From the NCBI GenBank assembly GCA_963806535.1, contig CAWDYC010000005.1, positions 192,001 to 256,000 on the forward strand: 64,000 bases of DNA. The letters are read 5' to 3'. Position numbers and translations under genes: made by a program. Below, piece after piece: positions 1 to 9,986 of the stretch; within the stretch, counting starts at the first letter, position 1, and each line of letters begins with the position of its first letter. The stretch comes from Candidatus Bathyarchaeota archaeon (GTDB lineage Archaea; Thermoproteota; Bathyarchaeia; Bathyarchaeales; Bathycorpusculaceae). Below the pieces are notes generated by a model that saw only the letters and a program-made list of their open reading frames with translations, did no database searches and was not told where the DNA came from.

Positions 1-1
1 T

Positions 2-970
2 GTCGTATGCCAAAAGGGCAGAGACAAGACTTATACAAAATATTACAAGAACGTTTTTGATCATGTGCTTATGCTCGATAAGTTCTCGGATATAACAAAC
101 GAGACAAACGTAAAGAAACTTGTTGATTTGAACACTATTTTTGTTCCTAACCGATCATTTTCAGTCTATGCTGGTTACGAGGCAATAGAGAACCAGTTTG
201 CTGTACCATTGATGGGTAACCGCTCAATGCTGCGAACCGAGGAGCGCAACACGCCCAGAAACCAGTTGTATCTGCTACAGAAAGCTGGAATAGCAACGCC
301 TAAAACCTTCAAATCACCGAGCGAAATCGACTGCCTAGCGATCGTTAAAGTTCCTGAAAAGGAACGTGCCATCGAAAGAGCCTTTTTCTATGCTTCTTCT
401 CCTGAAGAGTACGAGAAAACTGCCCAAAAACGAATAAAACAGGACATAATCACCGCTGAAGCACTGAAAGGTTCAATAATCGAGGAATATGTTATCGGCG
501 CAAAATTTAACGCTAACCTGTTTTGGTCACCGTTAACCGACGAAATTGATCTCCTGGGCTTTGACAGACGCATCCAAACTGACCTCGACGGCATCTTAGA
601 CTTGCCAGCACAAGAGCAAATGGAATTAAACATCCCGACCCAAAATATTGAAATTGGGCACATGGGCGCAACCATACGTGAGAGCCAAATAGAAAAAATC
701 TTTGATGCAGCAGAAAAATTCGTCAACACATGCAAAAAAGAATATCCGCCAGGAATGATTGGCTTATTTGCGCTGCAGGGCGCTGTTACAAAGGATTTAG
801 AATTCTATGTTTTCGATGTTAGCCCCCGTGTACCAGGCTGTCCATGTGTTGAGCCAACTTCACCTTACATGAAATACAAGTACGGTATGGAAGTTGGTCC
901 AGGCAGACGAGTGGCGATGGAAGTTAAACATGCAGTTAAAGAGGGCAGGCTTGCGGAAGTAGTAACATGA
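2..970 (+). CDS. PurP-like ATP-grasp protein (FAICAR synthetase family), 5' truncated by window edge
   Basis: Frame open from base 2 (VVCQKGRDKTYTKYY...). Motifs VPNRSF, EEYVIG, DRRIQT, GLFALQG, FDVSPRVPG. Paralogue of the downstream purP. Confidence 0.88.
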   Translation, partial: VVCQKGRDKTYTKYYKNVFDHVLMLDKFSDITNETNVKKLVDLNTIFVPNRSFSVYAGYEAIENQFAVPLMGNRSMLRTEERNTPRNQLYLLQKAGIATPKTFKSPSEIDCLAIVKVPEKERAIERAFFYASSPEEYEKTAQKRIKQDIITAEALKGSIIEEYVIGAKFNANLFWSPLTDEIDLLGFDRRIQTDLDGILDLPAQEQMELNIPTQNIEIGHMGATIRESQIEKIFDAAEKFVNTCKKEYPPGMIGLFALQGAVTKDLEFYVFDVSPRVPGCPCVEPTSPYMKYKYGMEVGPGRRVAMEVKHAVKEGRLAEVVT

Positions 971-2052
971 TAACAAGCCAAGACATCGGCAAAATAATTG
1001 AGAAATATGACCAGAAAAAACTAGCCATCGGTACGTTGGGCTCACACAGCTCCCTGAACATTTTCAAAGGCGCCAAAGAAGAAGGCTTCCGCACAGTTTG
1101 CATATGCAAAGAAAAAGATGCAATAATGTACAAGAAATACCCCCTTGTAGACGAATTAATTATAGTTAAAGACTTCACCGAACTTTTAAACGAGAAAATG
1201 CAAGAAAAACTACGCAAGCTAAACGTGGTTTTGGTTCCACATGGCTCATTCACAGCATATCTTAGCACCGAGCAGTTGACCGATAGCCTTTTTGTGCCAA
1301 TGTTTGGAAACCGCCAGCTCCTCCATTGGGAAGCAAACCGCAAATCCCAAGAAGAATGGTTGCGCCAAGCAGGCCTCCTTTTACCCGCAACTTTCAAAAT
1401 GCCAGAAGACATCGACCGCTTAGTCATAGCCAAACTACCTGGAGCCAAAGGAGGACGAGGTTATTTTTTAGCAAATTCACCAAAAGCCTTTTACAAGAAA
1501 TTCAAAGAACTAGTTCAACGGGGCTTACTCAAAGAAACAGATTTGCCGGATATTCACTTGCAGGAATATGCACTTGGCGTTAACGTTTATCCCAGCTATT
1601 TCAGCTCAATTATCAATGATGATGTTGAGTTGCTGGCAATGGATAGACGATATGAATCAGCTGTTGACTGTATAGGAAAGATCCCCGCAGCAGAACAGCT
1701 TGAGATCAAAGTTAATCCAACATACACAGTGGTCGGAAACTTTCCTATTGTTCTCCGAGAATCACTGTTGCCTGAAATGATGCGCATGGGCGACAGTGTC
1801 CACAAGAAAGCCAAAGAGCTTGCGCCTCCAGGAATCATTGGACCATTCTGCCTAGAAAACGTTATTACCGATGACTTGAAAATTTTTACCTTCGAAATCT
1901 CAGCACGAATAGTTGCAGGAACAAATGTTGGCATTGGCACATCGCCCTACGCTTACCTCAAGTACGGTGAAAACATGTACATGGGCAGACGCGTAGCAGT
2001 GGAAATAAAACAAGCAATTCAGCAGAAGAGACTTCCCGAAATCTTAGCATAA
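967..2052 (+). CDS. purP: formate--phosphoribosylaminoimidazolecarboxamide ligase (FAICAR synthetase)
   Basis: GTLGSHSSL, VPHGSF, PGAKGGRGYF P-loop, DRRYES, FEISARIVAGTN. ATGA overlap with upstream gene. Confidence 0.93.
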   Translation: MITSQDIGKIIEKYDQKKLAIGTLGSHSSLNIFKGAKEEGFRTVCICKEKDAIMYKKYPLVDELIIVKDFTELLNEKMQEKLRKLNVVLVPHGSFTAYLSTEQLTDSLFVPMFGNRQLLHWEANRKSQEEWLRQAGLLLPATFKMPEDIDRLVIAKLPGAKGGRGYFLANSPKAFYKKFKELVQRGLLKETDLPDIHLQEYALGVNVYPSYFSSIINDDVELLAMDRRYESAVDCIGKIPAAEQLEIKVNPTYTVVGNFPIVLRESLLPEMMRMGDSVHKKAKELAPPGIIGPFCLENVITDDLKIFTFEISARIVAGTNVGIGTSPYAYLKYGENMYMGRRVAVEIKQAIQQKRLPEILA

Positions 2053-2059
2053 ATAATTG

Positions 2060-2827
2060 CTACGAAAGGCAAAATGCAAGCAGTCTCTCAAAGTTTTGTC
2101 TATTTTTATTTTTCTTATAAGCTTTCAAAACATCAATCAATTCCAATCTATTCTTTTCTCCAAAAATTTCATCCAAAATCATTGCTGCAGAACTATTTCC
2201 GCCAAAAAGATACTGACAAACCGCCGTAACGTTTGCTACTCTCCTTTCGAGGCTGGCAGTTTCAAAATCCACAATGAAGACTTTTTCAGCTTTGTCCACA
2301 AGCAAATGTTTTGGCGCCTTGCTCAGTTCGCCATGGTCCAAGCCGACTTGATCCAACAGAAAGCATTGTTCTAGGACTTGCGCCAAAATCTGTTTTACAG
2401 CAGCTTTATTTTTGTTTGTTTTAAGCCAATTGGGAAGCAAATCGCCATCAATAAGCTGCATTAGAAGAAGGTTTTTGCTCGCTCCAATAAGTTTTGGAGC
2501 TACCCCTGCAGAGTTTGCTTTAGACAACATATTTGCCTCATGAAGCAGGTCAGCTCGGTCTGAGTCTGTCCTTCGGATTTTGATAGCCACTCTCTCCCCG
2601 TTCAGGTGGGCGATTACTACGATGCCGACAAATCCTTTGCCCAAGACTGGAACCGCAACGCCAAACACGCTGGCTTTCCCTGAAAACTCCAAAGCTGAGA
2701 CACCATGGTTGCGCAATTCTGCAATACGATTTTGCAGTTCAGATTCCTTGGGATGTGGGAAGCAAAGAACCGACGCAAAAGGCTCTTGTGTCAATTGGTC
2801 AACTTGAATGATTATGGGCACGTTCAA
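2060..2827 (-). CDS. RIO-like/archaeal Ser/Thr protein kinase
   Basis: LGKGFVGIV glycine loop, VAIKIRR, DHGELS, IVDFE. Confidence 0.85.
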   Translation of the reverse strand: MNVPIIIQVDQLTQEPFASVLCFPHPKESELQNRIAELRNHGVSALEFSGKASVFGVAVPVLGKGFVGIVVIAHLNGERVAIKIRRTDSDRADLLHEANMLSKANSAGVAPKLIGASKNLLLMQLIDGDLLPNWLKTNKNKAAVKQILAQVLEQCFLLDQVGLDHGELSKAPKHLLVDKAEKVFIVDFETASLERRVANVTAVCQYLFGGNSSAAMILDEIFGEKNRLELIDVLKAYKKNKNRQNFERLLAFCLS

Positions 2828-2984
2828 TATCGGTTCCTTCTTGATTAATGACTACTAATCAGGGACATTATAAATTTGATATTCTTTGCGCGAGGAATCA
2901 ACATTGAAATTTGACTTATGATGAAAAGATATTTTTCAATCGCCAAAACATTATAATTTCTAAGTTTGTGTTAATAGGTGGTGC

Positions 2985-3455
2985 ATGCAATTGCCAAAAA
3001 CTCTTCTTATCGTGTACTTTTCTAACACAGGTAAAACTGAAAAAATGGCTACACAAATAGCAAGAGGCGCCGAGACTGTGAGTGCAAAAGCGATTTTGAA
3101 AAAAGTTGAGAATTGCACTCTAGATGACTTGGCGGAAGCTGATGGTATAGCAATAGGTTCTCCAACGCACTATAGCAATATGTCATGGCAAATTAAGAGA
3201 CTGTTAGACGAAAAAATACTTGCCTTCTACACAAAGGGGCGCTCACTTAGAAACAAAGTGTGCGGCTGCTTCACATCCACAGGAGCATACTGTGATGGTA
3301 AAGAATGCCTCAGAATGTTAGAGTTAGCATTTGGAAATTCTTTAAAAATGAAAATGGTTCCTGGAATTATCCTTGAATCAAAAGATGTGGATGAAAGCAA
3401 TTTGTCTGAATGTTTTGAGTTCGGGCAAAAAATAGGCCGACAACTGATGCAGTAG
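2985..3455 (+). CDS. flavodoxin / WrbA-like FMN-binding protein
   Basis: YFSNTGKTEKMA FMN loop, ADGIAIGSPTHY. Confidence 0.88.
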   Translation: MQLPKTLLIVYFSNTGKTEKMATQIARGAETVSAKAILKKVENCTLDDLAEADGIAIGSPTHYSNMSWQIKRLLDEKILAFYTKGRSLRNKVCGCFTSTGAYCDGKECLRMLELAFGNSLKMKMVPGIILESKDVDESNLSECFEFGQKIGRQLMQ

Positions 3456-3515
3456 CATCCACTTTTTGAAAATGTTATGCGAAGCACTATAAGCCGCAAT
3501 AAATGTATGACGTAG

Positions 3516-3713
3516 ATGGAACTTAATCAGCAGAGAAGCCAAATCAAGTCGGGCATCCGCGTCAAAATCGTTTTGAAGCAAGATCAGCATAGCGGTAAGT
3601 TAACCGAAGGGGTAGTCAAAGATATTCTCACTAACAGTTCAACTCATCCTCACGGAATCAAAGTAAGGCTTACAGACGGCAAAGTCGGCAGAGTACAAAC
3701 AATAATAAAATAA
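3516..3713 (+). CDS. YwbE family small protein
   Basis: IVLKQDQ..GKLTEGVVKDILTNSSTHPHGIKVRLTDGKVGRV family pattern. Confidence 0.88.
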   Translation: MELNQQRSQIKSGIRVKIVLKQDQHSGKLTEGVVKDILTNSSTHPHGIKVRLTDGKVGRVQTIIK

Positions 3714-3728
3714 CGTAGCCTTTCAGCT

Positions 3729-3851
3729 TTAAATTACATAGTCTTTTTGTTTATATTTGGTTTCTATTTCGTTGAGTGTTAAAGCTGCTTCAAATATAAT
3801 TGCATCTACAGAGTCAAATTCTTGTTTTATTGCAACTTTTATTTGAGTCAA
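3729..3851 (-). CDS. putative 40-aa small protein (not in ORF track)
   Basis: TTG...TAA, MTQIKVAIKQEFDSVDAIIFEAALTLNEIETKYKQKDYVI. Fills the gap convergent to the YwbE gene. Confidence 0.4.
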   Translation of the reverse strand: MTQIKVAIKQEFDSVDAIIFEAALTLNEIETKYKQKDYVI

Positions 3852-4076
3852 AAGTCAATTCCCCAAATAAGAAACTAGTTCGCCTGCAAATTTTACCAGA
3901 TCATAACATGCTGGAATATCTCAGGCTATACTGTTGCTACTTTAATTACTCAAAACTGTTAATATTTGTTTGTGGTTTACTTTACACTACAACAAACGGG
4001 TCAGCGACGAGTTTTTTCGAGGTTATAAATTTTAATAGGGTGATGACATTAATGGGATTCTGTTTGTGTATTATCT

Positions 4077-6185
4077 ATGCCAAGGTTCAAGCAGATACCG
4101 CAGATTCAACAGTTAATGTCTAGAAAAGAGGTTATACGAAACATCGGCATAATCGCGCATATTGATCATGGAAAAACTACGCTTGCCGATTCCCTTTTGG
4201 CTGGTGCTGGTTTGCTTTCAACGACGATGGCTGGTCAAGCCCGCGTGCTTGATTATCTTGCGGAAGAGCAGAAACGTAAAATCACAATAAAAACCGCCAA
4301 CATAACCCTTCTTTATGAAGTGGCAGGTACCCCTTACATAATTAATCTTGTAGATACCCCTGGGCATGTGGATTTTACTGGCAAAGTTACCCGAGCCCTT
4401 CGAGTTATTGATGGTGTTGTGGTGGTTGTGGATGCTGTTGAAGAGATAATGGCTCAAACAGAAATCGTTACCCGGCAAGCATTAGAAGAACGGGTCCGAC
4501 CGGTGCTTTTCATCAATAAAGTTGACCGACTGATAACAGAGTTGCATCTTAATGAAGAGCAAATTCAAAAGAAACTCGATCACATAATCAGCAGCTTTAA
4601 CGATCTAATCGAACTCTTCTGTGAAGAGCCCTTCAAAAACCAGTGGAAAATTGACGCTTCTCAGGGTAATGTAGCTTTTGGCGCAGCATTATATGGATGG
4701 GGCTTCACGCTGAATAAAGCAAAAGAAAAAGGCTTCAAATTCTCCGATATAATCAAAGCCTATTCAATTGGTGAAGGAACAAAACTTCAAAAAATCTTTC
4801 CCGTTTATGAAGCGATTTTTGAAATGGCTGTTCACAGGGTTCCAAATCCAAAAGATGCGCAAGCCTACAGAATCGAGAAAATTTGGGATGGGCACATTGG
4901 CTCGCCGATTGGCGAAGCATTGACTAAATGTAGTGATGAAGGTCCAGCAGTTTTTTGCGTGACAAACGTTTATTCTGATGAGAGAAGCGGTACTGTGGCA
5001 ACGGGAAGATTGTTTTCAGGTAAAGTCCAGAAAGGTGATAAGTTGCATCTTGTTGATGCATTAACTGAAACTGTGATTCAGCAAGTTGCCATTGATATGG
5101 GTTCCCTAAGAGAAGAAGTCGCGTCAGTCTCAGCAGGTAACTTGGCATCTTTAACTTTAACTGGAGAGATTAAAGCCGGCGAAACTCTTGTGGACATTGC
5201 CCATAAAATTTCCATGGTTCCTTTTGAAGGCATATGTTACATTTCCGAAGCCGTCGTAACCTTAGCAATTGAACCCAAAAAACCACAAGATATTCCTGTT
5301 TTGCTTGAGGGCTTGGAGAAGCTTGCAAATGAAGACCCTAACCTAAAAATTATTGTTGATAAGGAAACAGGCGAATATCTGCTCAGCGGCATGGGAGAAT
5401 TACATTTAGAAGTTTCTCTAAATCAGCTGAAAAACTTGAGTGGTAACTTGCAACTAGGTGTATCGTCACCTCGAGTTGTCTACATGGAAACAGTTGAGAC
5501 TCAAGGTATAGTGGCTTTGACAAAAAGTCCTAATAAGCAGAATAGTTTCTGGGTTCAAATTTCTCCAGATGGAAAAGAAATCGAAGAATCAGCAAATATC
5601 CTTTCAGTCGATGAACATCGAAATGTTCTCATAGATTGCAGCGGCAAAACAGAGCCTCTTTCAGAGGAAGTTTTAGAAGCTATTATTGGCGGCTTTGAGT
5701 TTGCTTGTAAAGCTGGTCCATTATGCGGCGAACCAGTACGTCATTTGAAGGTTGATTTGGTTGATTTTCAACTAAATGAGGAATTTGACTCAACAGAGAT
5801 TATGCGTGGCGTTGGAAAAGCAATTTTCGGTTCTTTCTTGACGGCTCAGCCAATACTGTTAGAACCTGTTTACAAAATAATAATCACTGTTACATCAGAA
5901 TTAACGAGTGAAATTTCACGAATACTATGTAGCAGAAGGGGCAAAGTTACCTCATTTGAACAGAAAGGACTTCAAGCAGTTATCAATGGTTTTATTCCAG
6001 TTTCTGAAGCCTTCGGTTTCTCCAAGGAGTTACGGACTACAACTTCGGGAAGAGCTTTTTGGCAATCATTTTTCGATCATTGGGAAAAAATGCCTCCAAA
6101 ATTAAGTTTTCAGGTAATAACTGATATGCGCCAACGTAAAGGTCTCGCACTAGAAGTGCCTAAACCTGATAAGTTTACGGAGTAG
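4077..6185 (+). CDS. elongation factor EF-2 paralogue (aEF-2p-like, lacks diphthamide HRG loop)
   Basis: AHIDHGKTT, RKITI, DTPGHVDF, NKVD, GMGELHL, GPLCGEP, LLEP, LRTTTSGRA. The domain IV loop reads NEEFDSTEI instead of HED..HRG. Confidence 0.9.
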   Translation: MPRFKQIPQIQQLMSRKEVIRNIGIIAHIDHGKTTLADSLLAGAGLLSTTMAGQARVLDYLAEEQKRKITIKTANITLLYEVAGTPYIINLVDTPGHVDFTGKVTRALRVIDGVVVVVDAVEEIMAQTEIVTRQALEERVRPVLFINKVDRLITELHLNEEQIQKKLDHIISSFNDLIELFCEEPFKNQWKIDASQGNVAFGAALYGWGFTLNKAKEKGFKFSDIIKAYSIGEGTKLQKIFPVYEAIFEMAVHRVPNPKDAQAYRIEKIWDGHIGSPIGEALTKCSDEGPAVFCVTNVYSDERSGTVATGRLFSGKVQKGDKLHLVDALTETVIQQVAIDMGSLREEVASVSAGNLASLTLTGEIKAGETLVDIAHKISMVPFEGICYISEAVVTLAIEPKKPQDIPVLLEGLEKLANEDPNLKIIVDKETGEYLLSGMGELHLEVSLNQLKNLSGNLQLGVSSPRVVYMETVETQGIVALTKSPNKQNSFWVQISPDGKEIEESANILSVDEHRNVLIDCSGKTEPLSEEVLEAIIGGFEFACKAGPLCGEPVRHLKVDLVDFQLNEEFDSTEIMRGVGKAIFGSFLTAQPILLEPVYKIIITVTSELTSEISRILCSRRGKVTSFEQKGLQAVINGFIPVSEAFGFSKELRTTTSGRAFWQSFFDHWEKMPPKLSFQVITDMRQRKGLALEVPKPDKFTE

Positions 6186-6190
6186 TACCA

Positions 6191-7048
6191 TTGCGGCTTT
6201 ATGTTTCATTTGACTTGGATTTTTCACTTTGTTGCGGGCAAGTTTTTAGGTGGAAGAAGTTGGGCGAGTGGTGGTATGGCGTTGTGGGCGAAAATGTGTT
6301 AAAGATTCGTCAGTGCGGAGCTGAATTAGAATTTGAAAACGTCAGCGAAGATTTTGTAACCAGGTACTTTGGTTTAGATGACAATTTGGAACAAATCGCC
6401 AATTGCATCAGCAAAGATAATTACATAAAGCAGGCGTTAGAGCGGTTTGAGGGCTTGAGGATTGTTCGGCAGCTGCCGTGGGAATGCCTCATCAGCTTCA
6501 TCTGCGCAACCTACAAGAGCATAGCGGCAATAGAGCTAATGCTAAAGAAATTATCCAAGAAGTTTGGAGAAAAAAAGACTTTTGATGGATTAGACTTTTA
6601 CACTTTCCCAACAGTTGAGAAACTAGCGTTTGCAAGCGAAAATGGGCTGTGGGAGTGCGGTTTAGGTTACAGGGCCAAATATGTACAGGCAACTGCCAAA
6701 AAAATCTGTGAACAAAAAATTGACCTTGAAACTTTGAAAAGCATGCCCTATTTAGATGCAAGGAAAAAGCTTGTGGAGTTTCCTGGAGTCGGTTTGAAAG
6801 TGGCTGATTGTGTGCTGCTTTTTTCGCTTGAAAAAATGGAGGCTTTTCCCGTTGACGTTTGGGTAAAACGCATAATCCTAAACCATTATGCAGACCAGCT
6901 TCCCGAAATACTTGTAAAAAAACTGTCCGGCCACGGCTCCTTGACAAACGGTGAATACGAAAAAGTTAATGCTTTTGGCAGAAGCTACTTTGGGCAGTAC
7001 GCTGGTTACGCTCAAGAATATCTGTTTCACTTTGAAAGAACGAAATGA
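6191..7048 (+). CDS. 8-oxoguanine DNA glycosylase (OGG1-type, HhH-GPD)
   Basis: CGQVFRW, WECLISFICA, GLGYRAKY, PGVGLKVADC, FPVDVWV, AGYAQEYLF. Confidence 0.92.
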   Translation: MRLYVSFDLDFSLCCGQVFRWKKLGEWWYGVVGENVLKIRQCGAELEFENVSEDFVTRYFGLDDNLEQIANCISKDNYIKQALERFEGLRIVRQLPWECLISFICATYKSIAAIELMLKKLSKKFGEKKTFDGLDFYTFPTVEKLAFASENGLWECGLGYRAKYVQATAKKICEQKIDLETLKSMPYLDARKKLVEFPGVGLKVADCVLLFSLEKMEAFPVDVWVKRIILNHYADQLPEILVKKLSGHGSLTNGEYEKVNAFGRSYFGQYAGYAQEYLFHFERTK

Positions 7049-7350
7049 TAGGGTAATGTTTGAAATTCGTGCAATCCGCAAAGCCTTTCATGTGGTCTTT
7101 TAGAAATATTTCACAAGTTGTGAGGGGTTTAGTTTCTCTTTCTCTCTACTATTGACAAGTAGGTCAGAAAATTTATACAGTATGATATACAATTAGAGTG
7201 TTAGTGAGATGATTTTTGTAAACCAGATTTTTTATTATTTTTTATCAGCTAATGTTTAGTTTGCTTTTTCGTTTTTCTTAAAAAAACAACTGCAACGGTT
7301 CTAATCGCGTCGTAGCACCTATCACTACGAAAGAACCCAGCGCTAAAGTC

Positions 7351-7394
7351 CGTTCCGCTTTGGAACAGCACTGTTCCGTCAGCAGAGCTAATAG
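7351..7394 (+). promoter_or_regulatory. putative operator/promoter: GTTC-N7-GAAC (7352-7366), GTTC half-site (7373-7376), weak TATA CTAATAG (7388-7394)
   Basis: Same architecture recurs at 11549-11601 (-) and 11723-11776 (+). Confidence 0.65.
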
Positions 7395-7429
7395 GTACTT
7401 GAAGCTTAAGCCAAAGCAAGTGAATAACA

Positions 7430-8515
7430 ATGAAAATCGGAATCAAACTATTTGCAGTAGCAATCCTCTCGTTAACAATGGGAATTGCATGCGCTTCGCC
7501 CCTATTAGTCTCGGAGTTGAACATTAGACCCTACATAAATTATGTGCAAGGACAAACTGCACCATTCAACATCAACGTTGTCTACGCCAACTTTACCATA
7601 CAAAACGCAGACAAGCCAGTAGAACTAAACAGTGGACCAACTATATCCTACTTTGCAATAGTAAACATAACCAACCCTTCTAACTTGGTCGCTACGCTTA
7701 CAATACTTACCTTTGAGGCTGCGCCAGAAATACTTCAGATTCCATCATCGATTCAAAATGGTTCCATTGCTTACGAAGCCCCAGGCGCTTGGGTTGATGG
7801 CAAATATTACAATCTGACCTGGGTTGACACTTCATCGCCATACTTGGGTGAAAACGGCAAGTTGTCAGAGTTTAAAATTGCTTCTCCGTATTGGATGCAA
7901 GGTGTGCAAGTATTTGATACATATGTTAACGGCAACGTTACTTCTTCATATCTAAACATGAATGGAACATGGACCAACGTAACTGGTCAAATTGAAGTGG
8001 CAAGACAACCTATAGGCAGCGAATACTCATCAGCTGGTACAACAGAAGTTGTTTTTAACCAACAAGGCTTTTCGAACGATCCAAGCGAGAACTACTCAAG
8101 CAATGGCATAATATTTGATCCGTCTGCCTCTCAACCTTTCGGACCAATAAGCTTTACCAATCATTTTGTAGGTCAAGGGTTTTTCAACAATTCTTGGAAA
8201 CCACATCAGTCCCGCTTAGTAGCAATATCTGGCAGTTGGCAAGTACTTGCATCCTTGGGGGCGAAAGACAGACCGGTGAAAGCGATACAGGCAGGCACCC
8301 TTACATTTATGACCCAAACTGACAACTTCGTAGATTTATCAGCTCCCGTGAATAATACTGTGATAAATACATCGTCTCATGACATTGAACTTAAACAAGT
8401 GCAGCTAACGCCGAGTGGCAACAGCTATCTCTATAATCCACTATCGCTCGATAACCGAGCATTCCAAATCGACAAATGGGGCGTCGAAGCAACCTTAAGG
8501 AGCCAAACGTCATGA
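7430..8515 (+). CDS. N-anchored/secreted Asn-Thr-rich protein (module A extracellular component)
   Basis: N-terminal hydrophobic anchor, many N-x-S/T sequons, shares N- and C-terminal motifs with 10672..11514. Confidence 0.85.
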   Translation: MKIGIKLFAVAILSLTMGIACASPLLVSELNIRPYINYVQGQTAPFNINVVYANFTIQNADKPVELNSGPTISYFAIVNITNPSNLVATLTILTFEAAPEILQIPSSIQNGSIAYEAPGAWVDGKYYNLTWVDTSSPYLGENGKLSEFKIASPYWMQGVQVFDTYVNGNVTSSYLNMNGTWTNVTGQIEVARQPIGSEYSSAGTTEVVFNQQGFSNDPSENYSSNGIIFDPSASQPFGPISFTNHFVGQGFFNNSWKPHQSRLVAISGSWQVLASLGAKDRPVKAIQAGTLTFMTQTDNFVDLSAPVNNTVINTSSHDIELKQVQLTPSGNSYLYNPLSLDNRAFQIDKWGVEATLRSQTS

Positions 8516-8997
8516 CCAACACTGAAAGCGATGAGCTTGAAGGCAACACTCTTAACGTGTATGCTTTTGTGGTCAAAGAAGGTAAACCAGTTGGACCACG
8601 GGAAGTAATGCGGGGCGCTAACCTCAGTGGCCCAAGTACCGCTTATCGGCAGCTTCAAAAACTCGAATCTCTTGGATTAATTCAGAAAAACGTTTACGGG
8701 GCATACGTGGTCAAAGAGAAAGCAAGCGTGAGCGGGCATGTGTGGGTGGGCAGAAACCTCGTACCGCGTCTATTATGTTATTCCATCTTCTTCTTTGGAA
8801 TCTTAAGTGTTGAAGTTACTATCTTGGTTGTGCAATTCTTTTCTCAAGGTCGAACACCTAGTTTAGCAGTTATGTATCTAGCGCCTATTACCGCTATATC
8901 AGCCGGGCTCTTTTTAGTTGAGGGGTTACTGTTGTTTAGAAAGAATAGGCCAAGTAGCGCTTCAAAAGATTACTTTGACGATGAAAAACATATCTAA
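8512..8997 (+). CDS. membrane-anchored winged-helix transcription regulator (module A)
   Basis: ATG 8512 overlaps the upstream TGA. wHTH (VGPREVMRGANLSGPSTAYRQLQKLESLGLI) followed by two hydrophobic helices. Confidence 0.85.
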   Translation: MTNTESDELEGNTLNVYAFVVKEGKPVGPREVMRGANLSGPSTAYRQLQKLESLGLIQKNVYGAYVVKEKASVSGHVWVGRNLVPRLLCYSIFFFGILSVEVTILVVQFFSQGRTPSLAVMYLAPITAISAGLFLVEGLLLFRKNRPSSASKDYFDDEKHI

Positions 8998-9033
8998 TCA
9001 CCTCTGCCACAAGAGAATCATAGTGATTCAAGA

Positions 9034-9216
9034 ATGAAAACAAGAACTTCGAATCGGCGCAAACAATCGAACTCCAAGTATCAAATAGCGGGAGTCCTCT
9101 TCGGCTTGGCAGGTTTGGGACTAATCGCAGTTTCCTCAATAAATTACATGCTTATCTTCGTTGGCATCGGACTCATAGCCGTTGGCATCTATTACTTCAT
9201 GGACAAAATACTTTAG
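9034..9216 (+). CDS. small membrane protein (2 TM)
   Basis: Basic N-terminus then two Gly-rich hydrophobic helices. Confidence 0.6.
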   Translation: MKTRTSNRRKQSNSKYQIAGVLFGLAGLGLIAVSSINYMLIFVGIGLIAVGIYYFMDKIL

Positions 9217-9329
9217 CGGGTCTCTTCTGATAATGCAGAATTGTTTTCTCAAAAATTAGATTAGTTGCTTATGGAAAGCGGAAAATGTTTAAATGTTGTT
9301 TGGAACAGCAATATTAAGAGCAGAGCGAA

Positions 9330-9405
<76 letters not shown>

Positions 9406-9467
9406 CATTAATCTTTAAGAGCCGCTGCGAAATGGGGAGGGCTAATTCGCAACAAAATTACAAAAAT

Positions 9468-9965
9468 ATGATGGATGAATCTGTCAAACGACATCAATTT
9501 TCAATAGGTTTGTTGCTGGTTTTTTTCGGAGTAGCTGACTTATGTTTTGTTATGCCAAATATGTATGCTGGGTTGGTAGGAGATTGGCATATTGATTGGC
9601 GTTCTTTAAACTTATACAAGCAGCAATGGACCTTTACCGTTCCTCTCCTTCTAATTACGACCCTGATTGGAACCTTAATGCTAAGCCTATATTGCATAAG
9701 AGGCATTAAACCAGAAAGTGTTAACAATAAACAAAATGCTGCAATTCTGGTAACGGCTCTAGGATTCACATATCAAGTGATTGGCGCATGGCCAATTTGG
9801 AATTTTTGGTATCCATGGCCTTGGCAAGCAGAAATCGCAAGTTATGGCAACTGGCTTGTTTTTCCACTTTTCATCGGTAGCATAGTTGTATTGTTAACTG
9901 GAGCCGCATCTTTATACATTCATAGCAACATATACCACAAAACGCAAGCTACTTTGACAACTTAA
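9468..9965 (+). CDS. hypothetical membrane protein (about 4 TM, Trp-rich)
   Basis: Hydrophobic segments. Start moved downstream of the tRNA because the track start at 9375 overlaps it. Confidence 0.75.
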   Translation: MMDESVKRHQFSIGLLLVFFGVADLCFVMPNMYAGLVGDWHIDWRSLNLYKQQWTFTVPLLLITTLIGTLMLSLYCIRGIKPESVNNKQNAAILVTALGFTYQVIGAWPIWNFWYPWPWQAEIASYGNWLVFPLFIGSIVVLLTGAASLYIHSNIYHKTQATLTT

Positions 9966-9986
9966 TTGCCTAAATTTAACCTGTTT

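Noticed and set aside
2060-2827. HGE instead of HGD catalytic loop as a pseudokinase sign
   Set aside because: To my knowledge HGELS is the normal state of this archaeal kinase family.
2919-2945. C-box-like ATGATGA (possible C/D sRNA)
   Set aside because: No D box (CTGA) at a suitable distance, and it lies in a divergent promoter region.
3800-4123. 107-aa ORF upstream of the EF-2 paralogue
   Set aside because: No motif, spans the likely promoter and overlaps the EF-2 start out of frame.
9299-9310. TTTGGAACAGCA shared between the tRNA promoter and the module A operator
   Set aside because: Only a half-site with no palindromic partner, so probably coincidental.
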